Shown in pieces: positions 29,711-38,638 of a stretch of DNA of 58,762 nt; position 1 is the stretch's first letter, and every line of letters begins with the position of its first letter. This DNA is from an uncultured Gammaproteobacteria bacterium (lineage in GTDB: Bacteria; Patescibacteriota; Microgenomatia; UBA8517): assembly GCA_964587425.1 (NCBI GenBank), contig CAZPLB010000003.1:1-58762 (forward strand), in the 5' to 3' direction. The notes beneath the pieces were generated by a model, which was given only the letters and a program-made list of their open reading frames with translations, was not told the origin of the DNA and searched no databases. Both the position numbers and the translations under genes were made by a program.

Positions 29711-30600
29711 AAAAAGTCCTAATAGTTGCCTCATATCTTAGTGACAATAAACTAAAACTTGTCGAACTGCTTTCAAAACATTTCAAAGACAAGGTTGAGT
29801 TTCATCTGGACTCATTCAAAAACTTCACACTTTACATAGATGAAAAAGGTAATCTAAATGGTTTCTTTTCAGGCACAAGTTTAGAGTCATATGATTTTGT
29901 TTATATAAGAAGTAAAACTGGTTTTTCAAACCTTGCAAAAACAGTAGCTATATGTCTTGAGAGTAATAAAATTAAGTATGCAGATAAAGCAATTGCAAAG
30001 GCTTCATACATAGGCAATAAACTAACTAGTCTTTCAAGAATGGCAATGGGTGGTGTCTCAATATCTCCAAGTATTTACGCATATAATCTCCAAGATAAGT
30101 TTAATTTAAAACTAATTAAAGAACTGGGCTTTCCATTGGTAATTAAAGATCTAAAAAGTCAGAGAATGGAAGGAGTATTTGTTGTATCAAATCAAAAGGA
30201 ATTACTAACTTTCATCAAAAACCACAATAAAAACAAGTTCATAGTCCAAAAAATTATTGATATAGAAAATGAATATAGAATTTTTGTTATAGAAGGAAAA
30301 GCAGTTTCAGCTCACACAAAAGCAAAGAGGAACTATTCATCAGGGAAATTAAGCTATATGAACCAGCATGAGTGGCACAAATTTATAGACCTTAAATCTT
30401 TACCCAAAAAAATAAAAAAAGAGGCAGAAAAAGCAGCAAAGGAATTATGGCTCGATATTGCAGGGGTTGATGTTTGTATTGATAAAAATGGCAAAGTCTT
30501 TTGTCTAGAGGTAAATAGAGGACCTGGGATTGACTACGAAGCCAACAAAACTGACGAGATAGACGCCCTAGTCAAATTCTTCCAACAAAAAACCCGCTGA
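29707..30600 (+). CDS. RimK family ATP-grasp ligase
   Basis: FPLVIK..RMEGV, EYRIFV, AGVDV, LEVNRGPG. Confidence 0.88.
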   Translation: MKKVLIVASYLSDNKLKLVELLSKHFKDKVEFHLDSFKNFTLYIDEKGNLNGFFSGTSLESYDFVYIRSKTGFSNLAKTVAICLESNKIKYADKAIAKASYIGNKLTSLSRMAMGGVSISPSIYAYNLQDKFNLKLIKELGFPLVIKDLKSQRMEGVFVVSNQKELLTFIKNHNKNKFIVQKIIDIENEYRIFVIEGKAVSAHTKAKRNYSSGKLSYMNQHEWHKFIDLKSLPKKIKKEAEKAAKELWLDIAGVDVCIDKNGKVFCLEVNRGPGIDYEANKTDEIDALVKFFQQKTR

Positions 30601-30630
30601 TTCTAAATATATTTAGATCTCAAACGGGTT
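30591..30630. terminator. Putative bidirectional hairpin between convergent ATP-grasp gene and rplL
   Basis: AACCCG..CGGGTT outer stem around perfect palindrome TCTAAATATATTTAGA (30602-30617). Confidence 0.45.
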
Positions 30631-30635
30631 AATTG

Positions 30636-31013
30636 TTACTTGAGCTCAACAGTTGCTCCAGCTGCTTTTAATTTCTCAGAAGCGCTTTTTGCATCATCTG
30701 CTTTTGCATCTTTCAAGATTACTGCAGGAACTGTATCAGTCATGTCTTTCGCTTCCTTCAACCCTAATTGTGGGTTAATCTCACGAAGTGCCTTAATGAC
30801 TGAAATTTTATTTGCTCCAGCATTGGTCATAACTACTGTCTGGACTCCACCTGCTGCCGGTGCTGCATCCGCTGGGGCTGCCCCTGCCGGTGCTGCGGCT
30901 TGTGCTGCCATAGGTGTAACTCCAAGCTTGTCTTGCAAAGCTTTGTTAAGTTCAGAAAGCTCCAATACTGTTAATCCTGCAATTTCGTCTACTAATTTTG
31001 ATATATCTGCCAT
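30636..31013 (-). CDS. rplL: 50S ribosomal protein bL12
   Basis: LTVLELSEL..KISVIKALRE..LGLKEAKD..AGATVELK. Confidence 0.97.
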   Translation of the reverse strand: MADISKLVDEIAGLTVLELSELNKALQDKLGVTPMAAQAAAPAGAAPADAAPAAGGVQTVVMTNAGANKISVIKALREINPQLGLKEAKDMTDTVPAVILKDAKADDAKSASEKLKAAGATVELK

Positions 31014-31565
31014 TTAAATCACCGCCTTTGCTGATAATATTCCAATCAACTCTTGCATTCCATATTGTAAGTTTGAAACTAAACCATAAAGAGGACCAGC
31101 AATGGATCCTACAGTTTGAGATACCAAAACTTCCTTTGTTGGAAGTTTGGAAATAGTAACTAACATTTCTTTGTCAGCAAATTTACCATCAACAAAACCA
31201 CCCTTAAAGTCTCCAGCCTCACTTGTTTCCAAAAACTTCCCAAAAGCCTGAATAGGGGAAACTGGATCTTCCTTACCAATAATTACTGCAGTTTGGCCAG
31301 AAAGTACAGAATCTTCAGTTAGTTCACTAGGGAATTTAGCCTCACCAATTGCAATCTTGAGTAGAGTATTTTTGGATACATACATTTTAGCCCCAGCCTC
31401 TTTGAGTTTCTTTTTGAGATCAATTTGGGCATCCATACCCATCTTTGAAAAATCAACCAAAGCCAAAGATTTAGCACCCTGAAGTTCTGAAAGTAAGCCT
31501 TTTACAACTGTTTCTTTAGCCTGAAAGGCCAAACTGTGATTGATTTGTCTGTTATTGCTTGTCAT
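31014..31565 (-). CDS. rplJ: 50S ribosomal protein uL10
   Basis: KETVV, VSKNTLLKIA, KLPTKEVL; upstream of rplL. Confidence 0.95.
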   Translation of the reverse strand: MTSNNRQINHSLAFQAKETVVKGLLSELQGAKSLALVDFSKMGMDAQIDLKKKLKEAGAKMYVSKNTLLKIAIGEAKFPSELTEDSVLSGQTAVIIGKEDPVSPIQAFGKFLETSEAGDFKGGFVDGKFADKEMLVTISKLPTKEVLVSQTVGSIAGPLYGLVSNLQYGMQELIGILSAKAVI

Positions 31566-31568
31566 ATG

Positions 31569-31612
31569 CCTCGGTGCGAATTATGCTTTTTCAAGCGACA
31601 CACTGTCTTGGG
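31569..31612 (-). ncRNA. L10 leader (rplJL autoregulatory RNA)
   Basis: CCCAAGACA-GTGTG...CGCAC-CGAGG matches the AAGACAG..CCGAGG L10-binding core; extended -10 TGTTATAAT just upstream. Confidence 0.7.
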
Positions 31613-31630
31613 AACAAGAGTATTATAACA

Positions 31631-32491
31631 CTACCCACGTTTCCTTTTCAAGCTTGGAAATCTTAACCCCCTCTTTTTGGGAGAGACCTCAGTTACTTCC
31701 TCTCCCGAACTCCCAGATAAAATCAGGAGAGCATTATCTGCCATGGATGACCTATTTTGATGTATAGTAAGCGATCTATTTTGAGCGTCAATTTTTTCCT
31801 GATCATTCTGGATCATCTTTTCTAAGATATTTTCCAGATCCTGCATCACTTCTTCTTCAGAGTTTGAAAAATGCAGCTTTATGACGGCCGATCCATAATC
31901 TCTTCTATATATGTCTATCTGACCATTCTGTCTATCTTTCTCTGAGGGCGAAAGATATACTCTCACATCATTAGTTGCATCGTAACTATGGTGTGTGGTA
32001 CTTGAAAAATACGTATTCAAAAGCTGTAAACCTTCAATTTGTTTATATAAATCATGATCGTCCGCCAAACCACTCTTGCCAATTGATGTTTCAAGTAAAG
32101 GGGAGTGTATTTTGATATTTCCATTTCCCTCAGGCATTAAATCTGCTCCATCAAATATCCAGCTTATATACCCCCATCCCGATCTGCTTGCAAATAAATA
32201 TCGAATAGTGATTTGTGCACCTTCAACTTCGATAAAAGGGTAATTTATTAAATCCAAATCTGTTTTACTTGATTTAGAACCTTCACTGAATTCATATATT
32301 ATCTTTTCATCTCGCTTCAATCCTAATTCCTCCAACCTTCGCATTACAAGTTGGTTTTTTGTAGCCTCTCTTTCTTTCTCTTGTGCTAAGTCACTTTGAA
32401 GAGTTTCTGAAACTTGTTTTGCAACGTTCTGTGAAGCTAAATAATTATTTAATCGAGAAAGATTACCATCATCCTCAATTTCTCTTTTCAT
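31631..32491 (-). CDS. Hypothetical protein inserted between rplA and rplJ
   Basis: 286-aa ORF abutting the rplA stop; helical N-terminus, basic tail KKRGLRFPSLKRKRG. Confidence 0.7.
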   Translation of the reverse strand: MKREIEDDGNLSRLNNYLASQNVAKQVSETLQSDLAQEKEREATKNQLVMRRLEELGLKRDEKIIYEFSEGSKSSKTDLDLINYPFIEVEGAQITIRYLFASRSGWGYISWIFDGADLMPEGNGNIKIHSPLLETSIGKSGLADDHDLYKQIEGLQLLNTYFSSTTHHSYDATNDVRVYLSPSEKDRQNGQIDIYRRDYGSAVIKLHFSNSEEEVMQDLENILEKMIQNDQEKIDAQNRSLTIHQNRSSMADNALLILSGSSGEEVTEVSPKKRGLRFPSLKRKRG

Positions 32492-33220
32492 TTAAATCTG
32501 AATTTTGACAGAAGGGCTCATTGTAGCCTTTATAAAAGCCCTAACCACTTGTTTTCTGTTTACTGCATCAAGTATTGTCTCTAAGTTTTTAACTAGCTCT
32601 TCATCTTTCTGGCTCACTTTTCCAAATGTCGTGTGCATGAGAGGTGCTGTTTTTTCGGTTTTTATAGTTACTGAGTTTGCAGAAAACTTCTTTGCATCAG
32701 CTTCACTTTTAATGAGTGTTCCATTCTTGGGATTTGGCATCATTCCTCTGGGTCCAAGAATCTTTGCAAATGGAACAAGTTTAGGCATCATCTCAGCTGT
32801 TGCCAAGAGTACATCAAAATCAACCTTTCCTGTTTTCAACTTCTCAATCGTTTCTTCATTTGCAACCTCAATCTTTTTAGATTTGCCCGTAAGATAGGGA
32901 AGAGCTACATTAACAGAAAGTCCTTGTTTTTTGACAATGAGATGGATTTCCATTGTTCCATCAAATTTTGAATATGAAGAATTTTTAACTAAGGTAATTG
33001 CCTCCTGCAAATTATAGCTTTTAGACCTGTCAATATTTGCCTTTACTTCTTGGTATTTCTTGCCTCGAACCTTAGGAACTGCATTTTTACTTCTTTTTGA
33101 GCTTGCAGAACTTTCCTCTTGTGCTCCGACAACTTCCGGTTCCATTTCAACTACTTTTACCTTCTGCCCTCCTTTGAGGCCAGCTACTTTTACTTTTTTC
33201 TCTTCTTGTTTTTTTGCCAT
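32492..33220 (-). CDS. rplA: 50S ribosomal protein uL1, atypical (N-terminal extension, shortened core)
   Basis: KFDGTMEIH, DFDVLLATAEMMP, LGPRGMMPNPKNGT, ATMSPSVKI. Confidence 0.93.
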   Translation of the reverse strand: MAKKQEEKKVKVAGLKGGQKVKVVEMEPEVVGAQEESSASSKRSKNAVPKVRGKKYQEVKANIDRSKSYNLQEAITLVKNSSYSKFDGTMEIHLIVKKQGLSVNVALPYLTGKSKKIEVANEETIEKLKTGKVDFDVLLATAEMMPKLVPFAKILGPRGMMPNPKNGTLIKSEADAKKFSANSVTIKTEKTAPLMHTTFGKVSQKDEELVKNLETILDAVNRKQVVRAFIKATMSPSVKIQI

Positions 33221-33224
33221 ATAT

Positions 33225-33647
33225 TTATTTTATTTGTACTCCCATACTTCGAGCAGTTCCAGCTACAATCTTTTCAGCTGCTTCTACATCATCAGTATTC
33301 AAATCTTTCATTTTTTCAGTTGCAATTTCAGTCAATTGTGCCTTGGTTAAAGTTCCTACAAAATCACGGTTTGGTACTCCGGACCCTTTTGCAAGGTTAA
33401 TTTTCTTTTTAATCATATCGGCAACAGGAGCTAATTTAATGATAAAGTCAAAGGTCCTGTCCTCATATATAGTGATGACAGCGGGAACAGTATTGCCCTT
33501 CATTGAGGCTGTTTTGTCATTGTATTGCTTCACAAAGTCCATAATAGAAACACCGTGTTGACCTAGTGCTGTTCCAACAGGAGGTGCAGGAGTTGCTGCT
33601 CCAGCTTGAAGATTTAATTTAACTACTGTCTTTACTTTTTTTGCCAT
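33225..33647 (-). CDS. rplK: 50S ribosomal protein uL11
   Basis: [33 protein letters not shown]. Confidence 0.97.
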   Translation of the reverse strand: MAKKVKTVVKLNLQAGAATPAPPVGTALGQHGVSIMDFVKQYNDKTASMKGNTVPAVITIYEDRTFDFIIKLAPVADMIKKKINLAKGSGVPNRDFVGTLTKAQLTEIATEKMKDLNTDDVEAAEKIVAGTARSMGVQIK

Positions 33648-33730
33648 TTCGTAAATTTCTTACTCCCTCACATATTTGCGAGGTGCCATAATTGTATCAC
33701 ATGCCCATTTTGTTGTAAAATACCACTCTC

Positions 33731-34129
33731 ATGTCAGAATATTGCAAATACTGTAGAGCCGGAACCAATGATCCCTGTAAGGAGGCCCTAAGCCTTGACC
33801 ATATTATTATTGTAAAGAAGAAACAAGAAGGAGATGTTGTTTTCTCAATGCAAAGCCTGTTGGAAAACCCAAAAGAAAGCACATGTCTTCATCCCGAGGA
33901 ACTTAGAGCAGCTCGTAAAAGATTGGCTGAAAGAGTAACTACACGAAAGGAAAACATACCTGTGAGTCCATGTGGAAAAAATTTTTGCCTTGTTGCAGAA
34001 ACGGGTGAGTGTACTCTTTTTCAGTATTTAATTAGAAATCCTCTCTTGATTACTACAGATGAAGAGGTAAATGACTGTCAACAGCCAGAAAAGCTCAAAC
34101 CCATTGTTAAAGCAAGAAAAAAACAATAA
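33731..34129 (+). CDS. Cys-rich hypothetical protein, possible Zn-binding
   Basis: CKYC..C..CLHPEE and further Cys. Confidence 0.6.
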   Translation: MSEYCKYCRAGTNDPCKEALSLDHIIIVKKKQEGDVVFSMQSLLENPKESTCLHPEELRAARKRLAERVTTRKENIPVSPCGKNFCLVAETGECTLFQYLIRNPLLITTDEEVNDCQQPEKLKPIVKARKKQ

Positions 34130-34140
34130 AATAACGCAAC

Positions 34141-34485
34141 ATGAAAGAAAAGGGTGGAGAATTTAACTTCAATGTTTTCCTGGAAGAACTGGGAAATGTT
34201 GCCCCAGGCCACCGACTAGACCAAAAGGAAAACACAGTAAACCCAGAACTTAAAATCCCTGAAATAAATGATAAATTAGTTACTATTATTAGTGCCGTCG
34301 CAAACAGAAAAATTGGTGGACCCGAAGACAAAAATGGACAGATAAAAATTAACGATTCAATTAAAAGATTAGTTGAATTATATCCAGACAAGAAAGAATA
34401 TGTTAGACAAATGGTAAGCGACCGCTCAGCAGAAGATTTAAAAATTCAACCAAACGACCTCTATATTTTTGGAGAACAAAAGTAA
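34141..34485 (+). CDS. Hypothetical protein
   Basis: 114-aa ORF in co-directional cluster. Confidence 0.6.
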   Translation: MKEKGGEFNFNVFLEELGNVAPGHRLDQKENTVNPELKIPEINDKLVTIISAVANRKIGGPEDKNGQIKINDSIKRLVELYPDKKEYVRQMVSDRSAEDLKIQPNDLYIFGEQK

Positions 34486-34514
34486 TCTTTGTTCATGATA
34501 ACTGCAGACCTAAA

Positions 34515-35015
34515 ATGACAAAAGAAATAAACACATGCATTGACCTCGGCTTTGGATTTCTGCCACTAGTTTCAATGCTTCGGCCAGATATTATCGGTGA
34601 AGACCCCAAATTTTTATTATTAGACAAAGATACGAATCCATACAACAATCTAAGACAGAAAGGATTTGAATCAGACTTAAGCGGCCACCCAGTTTCAGCA
34701 AATGCTCTAAATTTGCCGCTTGCCAACGAATCAGTCCACACACTTCTAATGAAAGATTTTTTCCCTTGGTATGAAAATTCCTGGCAACTAACTCATGAAA
34801 TTATAAGAGTACTGGAAGATGGTTCAAAACTTATTGTTCTTGAAACACAAGCTTACCCTTCATGGAGGAGTGTAATGGAAATTTTCCTTTCAAATAAGGA
34901 AATCCTCCCGGAAGAAATATACTTTAACAGAAATGTTTTAAAAATATTTCAAGATTTAGATATAACTATCCCGGCCAAAAGTTTCGCCCTTGTTTTTAGT
35001 AAAAGAAAAAAATAG
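34515..35015 (+). CDS. Class I SAM-dependent methyltransferase-like protein
   Basis: IDLGFG motif I, ANALNLPLANESVHTLL, RVLEDGSKLIVLE. Confidence 0.65.
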   Translation: MTKEINTCIDLGFGFLPLVSMLRPDIIGEDPKFLLLDKDTNPYNNLRQKGFESDLSGHPVSANALNLPLANESVHTLLMKDFFPWYENSWQLTHEIIRVLEDGSKLIVLETQAYPSWRSVMEIFLSNKEILPEEIYFNRNVLKIFQDLDITIPAKSFALVFSKRKK

Positions 35016-35023
35016 AATGAAAT

Positions 35024-35398
35024 ATGCCTGGAGAAGCATCAGAAAATCAAGAACCACTTTCAGAAGACGCAGAGATAGATAAAAGACTTCAGAGGATCAA
35101 TGAGGCCACAAAAGGACATAGAGATAGTGAAGGAGGACATAGGGATAGCGAAGGCAAAATATCAAACCCTAAAAATCGGAAGATGGAAATATTAAATCAG
35201 GTAAATGCGATCAAAATGGGTCCATATTTTTTTAAAGATGAGGAACGTATTAGCGAATTTCAAAGAAAAGGACTAGAAATCCTACGAGAAAATTTCCCAG
35301 ATCAGGTAGATGTTCTGCGTGAAACATTAACGGGAATAGATGAATTGAAAAAATATGCAAGTGGTGATGAAAGTATTTTTAAATCAGAAAAAGAATAA
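35024..35398 (+). CDS. Hypothetical protein with GHRDSEG tandem duplication
   Basis: 124-aa ORF; 21-bp imperfect tandem repeat at 35114-35155. Confidence 0.6.
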   Translation: MPGEASENQEPLSEDAEIDKRLQRINEATKGHRDSEGGHRDSEGKISNPKNRKMEILNQVNAIKMGPYFFKDEERISEFQRKGLEILRENFPDQVDVLRETLTGIDELKKYASGDESIFKSEKE

Positions 35399-35982
35399 TG
35401 TCTGAAGGTGGAATCTCGCTAGAAATTGGCCCTGGAGATAACCCATTACTGCCTCGTCTTAGACCAGATCTTCTTGGGACCGGTAAAAAGATTTTTCTTG
35501 AAAGAAAAAAGGAGAATGTGCCAGGGCTTAAAAAAAGCTTGTCAGAAATTGGAGTCGAAACCCCAGAAATAATTGTTGGTGATATATCAACATTATCTTT
35601 GAATGAAAAAGTGGATACCGTTTTGATCTCAAATGTATTCGATGCACAAGGAATAGCAACACTGAATTGGGAAACCAGAACGATTGACACATTGGATATT
35701 GGTGACGAAAAAGAAATTGTTAGACAAATTACAAATTTATGCAAACCTGGTAGTAAGGTTGTTGTGATGGAGACATATGGAGGCATTCATAACATAACCA
35801 AATCTGAACTCAAAAAATTATTTACAGATAATGGTTTTGAACTTATAGAAACACACACCAAGGAGAAGAATGACCTAGATAAAATTTTTGACCAAACAAC
35901 AGACGAGGGAATGTCAGATGCAAAAGCTATTAATGTAACATCTGCGCCAGATTCGTTTACGTGGGTTTTTAGGAAAGTTTGA
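35398..35982 (+). CDS. Class I SAM-dependent methyltransferase-like protein
   Basis: LEIGPG motif I, IVGDI..VDTVLISNVF, LCKPGSKVVVME. Confidence 0.7.
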   Translation: MSEGGISLEIGPGDNPLLPRLRPDLLGTGKKIFLERKKENVPGLKKSLSEIGVETPEIIVGDISTLSLNEKVDTVLISNVFDAQGIATLNWETRTIDTLDIGDEKEIVRQITNLCKPGSKVVVMETYGGIHNITKSELKKLFTDNGFELIETHTKEKNDLDKIFDQTTDEGMSDAKAINVTSAPDSFTWVFRKV

Positions 35983-36011
35983 CTCCACCTATACCCATAG
36001 TATAATTGAGC

Positions 36012-36269
36012 ATGGAAAAACCACCCTGTCCTACATGCCTACTGAAGAGTATTTGTGGTATGGTCGGTCAAATCGAAGGCCAAGCAGAAGCAGGCACTTC
36101 GCTTCCTAATGGTAAACAAGGTCCACTAGACGAAGAGAATATGAAATTATTTTTAATAGACGCTGAACGTCTAGTTGCCCAATATGGATGTAATTATCCA
36201 GAGGAATTTGAAGATGAAGTACTGAGGATAAGAGCACTGATGAGTAGAGGAGAATACGGCCTCATTTGA
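36012..36269 (+). CDS. Small Cys-containing hypothetical protein
   Basis: CPTC..C..GCNYPEE; ATG 5 nt after TATAAT. Confidence 0.6.
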   Translation: MEKPPCPTCLLKSICGMVGQIEGQAEAGTSLPNGKQGPLDEENMKLFLIDAERLVAQYGCNYPEEFEDEVLRIRALMSRGEYGLI

Positions 36270-36291
36270 CACCTGGGTCTACAATTAAATT

Positions 36292-36558
36292 ATGGATGAG
36301 AGAATGGTGACCTGTGACCGCGGAACAGTCACATTTAGCCGCACATCCTTCTATTCAAATGGTGATAGACCATCAGAAACTACAACCATTGATGATCTTG
36401 AAGACGCACAGACTATATTTTGTAGATATAAGTGCCTAATTGCGTGCCAAGCTAGGCTACACCTTCTGGATACAAGGAAAGAAGTTATACTCTCACTACC
36501 TGAAGAAAATCTAATTCAACTGGAGTCTCGCGGCCAAAGATTGAGACCAAAACCTTAA
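36292..36558 (+). CDS. Hypothetical protein; 3' end overlaps nusG antisense
   Basis: 88-aa ORF with four Cys; 74-nt convergent overlap. Confidence 0.45.
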   Translation: MDERMVTCDRGTVTFSRTSFYSNGDRPSETTTIDDLEDAQTIFCRYKCLIACQARLHLLDTRKEVILSLPEENLIQLESRGQRLRPKP

Positions 36559-37093
36559 GTTTTCCTTTCTCTTCATCAATTTCATGTATTGTTCCAAGGA
36601 AGTCAGTAAATGGTCCATCTGTAATTTTGACAGCCTCTCCAACAGAAAGTTTTGTTTTGAAGCGTGGTGCAGGGGATGCAACGAATTTTTGAATGTTACT
36701 AACCTCACCCTGTGAAAGGGGAGTTGGTTTGTTTCCAGCTCCAACGAACCCAGTCACTCCAGGATTGGTTCGAATAGCAAGCCATGTTGGGTCATCAAGA
36801 ATCATTTTAACTAATAAATATCCTGGAAAAATTTTCTCTTTTACAGTAGCCTTCTTTCCACCTCTGACCACAATCTTGTCCTGTGTTGGAACCAAAAGTT
36901 CAAAAACATTATTCTTGAGATCCATAGTTTCAATTCGTTGACGGAGTGTTTCAGCTACCCTCATCTCGTGCCCAGAAGCTGTGTGAACTACATACCATAT
37001 AGCGTTGTCACCCTTTTTGTCATTGATGACAATATGGCCTGCAATTTTCTTCTTCCCTAAACCTTTTTCAGCTACCGTTGTTGTGTTATCCAT
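36485..37093 (-). CDS. nusG: Transcription termination/antitermination factor NusG
   Basis: [49 protein letters not shown]. Confidence 0.97.
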   Translation of the reverse strand: MDNTTTVAEKGLGKKKIAGHIVINDKKGDNAIWYVVHTASGHEMRVAETLRQRIETMDLKNNVFELLVPTQDKIVVRGGKKATVKEKIFPGYLLVKMILDDPTWLAIRTNPGVTGFVGAGNKPTPLSQGEVSNIQKFVASPAPRFKTKLSVGEAVKITDGPFTDFLGTIHEIDEEKGKLKVLVSIFGRETPVELDFLQVVRV

Positions 37094-37123
37094 AAATATT
37101 AATTCAAAATCTAGTTACTTAAG

Positions 37124-37306
37124 TTACCTTGAGATAACTGCTTTTAAGGCCCCTGCAAAGATGTAATCTAAAGCTCCTGTGTATGCCCCTATAGCGGCAG
37201 AGGCGAGAATTACTACACCGGTCAACTTGAGAACACGTCCTGCGCTCGGCCAAGTAACATTTCCAAGTTCCCGTTTAACTTCAATTAAATAGGTAATTGG
37301 ATTCAT
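37124..37306 (-). CDS. secE: Preprotein translocase SecE
   Basis: EVKRELGNVTWP plus TM; upstream of nusG. Confidence 0.93.
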   Translation of the reverse strand: MNPITYLIEVKRELGNVTWPSAGRVLKLTGVVILASAAIGAYTGALDYIFAGALKAVISR

Positions 37307-37385
37307 GTCATGAATTTTAACACATAATTTGACAGAATCAAAGCATGCCCAAAATCAAGAGAAGTAATGTTATCTAGAAAGAACC

Positions 37386-37580
37386 TTAGTAACCGCGCTT
37401 TTTTTCAAGCTCGCGCATATATTCAAGTCTATACTTCTTTTCCTTTCGCTTCTGAGACTTCTTTTTGTACCTATCGCGTTCACGATAGTCAATCAAAAGA
37501 CCAGAATCTATAACCTTTTTTCGAAAACGAGCAATGAGACGATCATCTGACTCTCCTTTTTGTTTTTTTACAACTACCAT
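37386..37580 (-). CDS. rpsU: 30S ribosomal protein bS21
   Basis: GESDDRLIARFRKKV..RERDRYKKKSQKRK. Confidence 0.88.
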   Translation of the reverse strand: MVVVKKQKGESDDRLIARFRKKVIDSGLLIDYRERDRYKKKSQKRKEKKYRLEYMRELEKKRGY

Positions 37581-37590
37581 TTGAAATAAA

Positions 37591-37617
37591 CACCTCCTTG
37601 TGGCCTATATTGTACCA
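37591..37617 (-). promoter_or_regulatory. Extended -10 promoter and strong Shine-Dalgarno of rpsU
   Basis: TGG-TACAAT (37617-37609), then AAGGAGGTG (37599-37591), 10 nt before ATG. Confidence 0.85.
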
Positions 37618-37623
37618 AAAAAG

Positions 37624-37881
37624 TCAAAGGTTTGATATAACTGAAGCTTCTAAGTTTGATATCCTCTTGTCATGCCTATCCATCCTGTCTTGTTGTGCAT
37701 CAAACTTTCTGTTCAAAGTATCCATCCCTTCCTCCAAATTTGTCAGTCTTTCTTCAACTCCTGTTAGTTTACCCTCAACCCCAGTTAATCTACCATCAAT
37801 TTTTTCAAGTTCTGGGAGAATCACTTCACGAAAGGCTTCGCCAAAAAGTTCAACGGTCTCCTCCTTTTGTTTTTTGTTCAT
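37624..37881 (-). CDS. Small heptad-repeat coiled-coil protein
   Basis: LTGVEGK-LTGVEER-LTNLEEG heptads. Confidence 0.7.
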   Translation of the reverse strand: MNKKQKEETVELFGEAFREVILPELEKIDGRLTGVEGKLTGVEERLTNLEEGMDTLNRKFDAQQDRMDRHDKRISNLEASVISNL

Positions 37882-37941
37882 TAGTCATGCTATTTTTCTG
37901 ACAATGAATTGTCAACTATATCTTTCTGCTAAAATACTAAA

Positions 37942-38592
37942 ATGAAAAAACAAACACTTCCTGACTTCATCTACGAAAAAAAACTTTGGGATGGAAATTT
38001 CAATATAATTGCAGGGATTGATGAAGTAGGCAGAGGTTCATTTGCAGGACCAGTTGTTGCAGGCTGTGTAATTTTTAAAAAATCAAAAACATTAATTCTG
38101 CAAACAAATGTAGAAATTAATGATTCAAAGAAGCTAACTTCAAGTCAAAGAGAGATTGCAAGTATATGGATAAAAGAAAACTGTCTTACTTGGGGAATAG
38201 GCAGTGCATCAGTGAGTGAAATTAATCGTCTTGGCATAAAAAAGGGAACCGAGATTGCAATGAGGCGTGCCATTAAAAATTGCAAAAAACAGATAGAATT
38301 CATTCTAATTGATGCCTTCTATATTCCATACACCAAAGGATTAAGACGCAAAAATCAAAAAGCAATAATAAAAGGTGATACCAAATCCATTTCAATAGCA
38401 GCTGCATCCATTATTGCAAAGGTCCATAGGGATGCACTCATGACAAAACTTTCAAAAAACCCAAAGTATAAAAAATATAATTGGCACAAAAACAAAGGTT
38501 ATGGAACAAAAGAACATAGGGATGCAATTTCAAAACATGGAGCTACAAGACACCACAGAAAATTATTCATAAGAAAAATTATCTCTCCGTAG
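37942..38592 (+). CDS. rnhB: Ribonuclease HII
   Basis: GIDEVGRGSFAGPVV, NDSKKL, LIDA, SIAAASIIAKV. Confidence 0.96.
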   Translation: MKKQTLPDFIYEKKLWDGNFNIIAGIDEVGRGSFAGPVVAGCVIFKKSKTLILQTNVEINDSKKLTSSQREIASIWIKENCLTWGIGSASVSEINRLGIKKGTEIAMRRAIKNCKKQIEFILIDAFYIPYTKGLRRKNQKAIIKGDTKSISIAAASIIAKVHRDALMTKLSKNPKYKKYNWHKNKGYGTKEHRDAISKHGATRHHRKLFIRKIISP

Positions 38593-38638
38593 CTTGAAGA
38601 AGAACTTGTTTGATTTATCTTTTTTAAACCTATAACAT

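Noticed and set aside
33655-33690. L1-binding leader upstream of rplK
   Set aside because: A hairpin CCTCGCA/TGTGAGG is present, but I could not match the L1-binding internal-loop consensus; a covariance model search is needed.
35114-35155. 21-bp tandem duplication (GHRDSEG x2) as a contingency locus
   Set aside because: Only two copies, in frame and already diverged; ordinary slippage.
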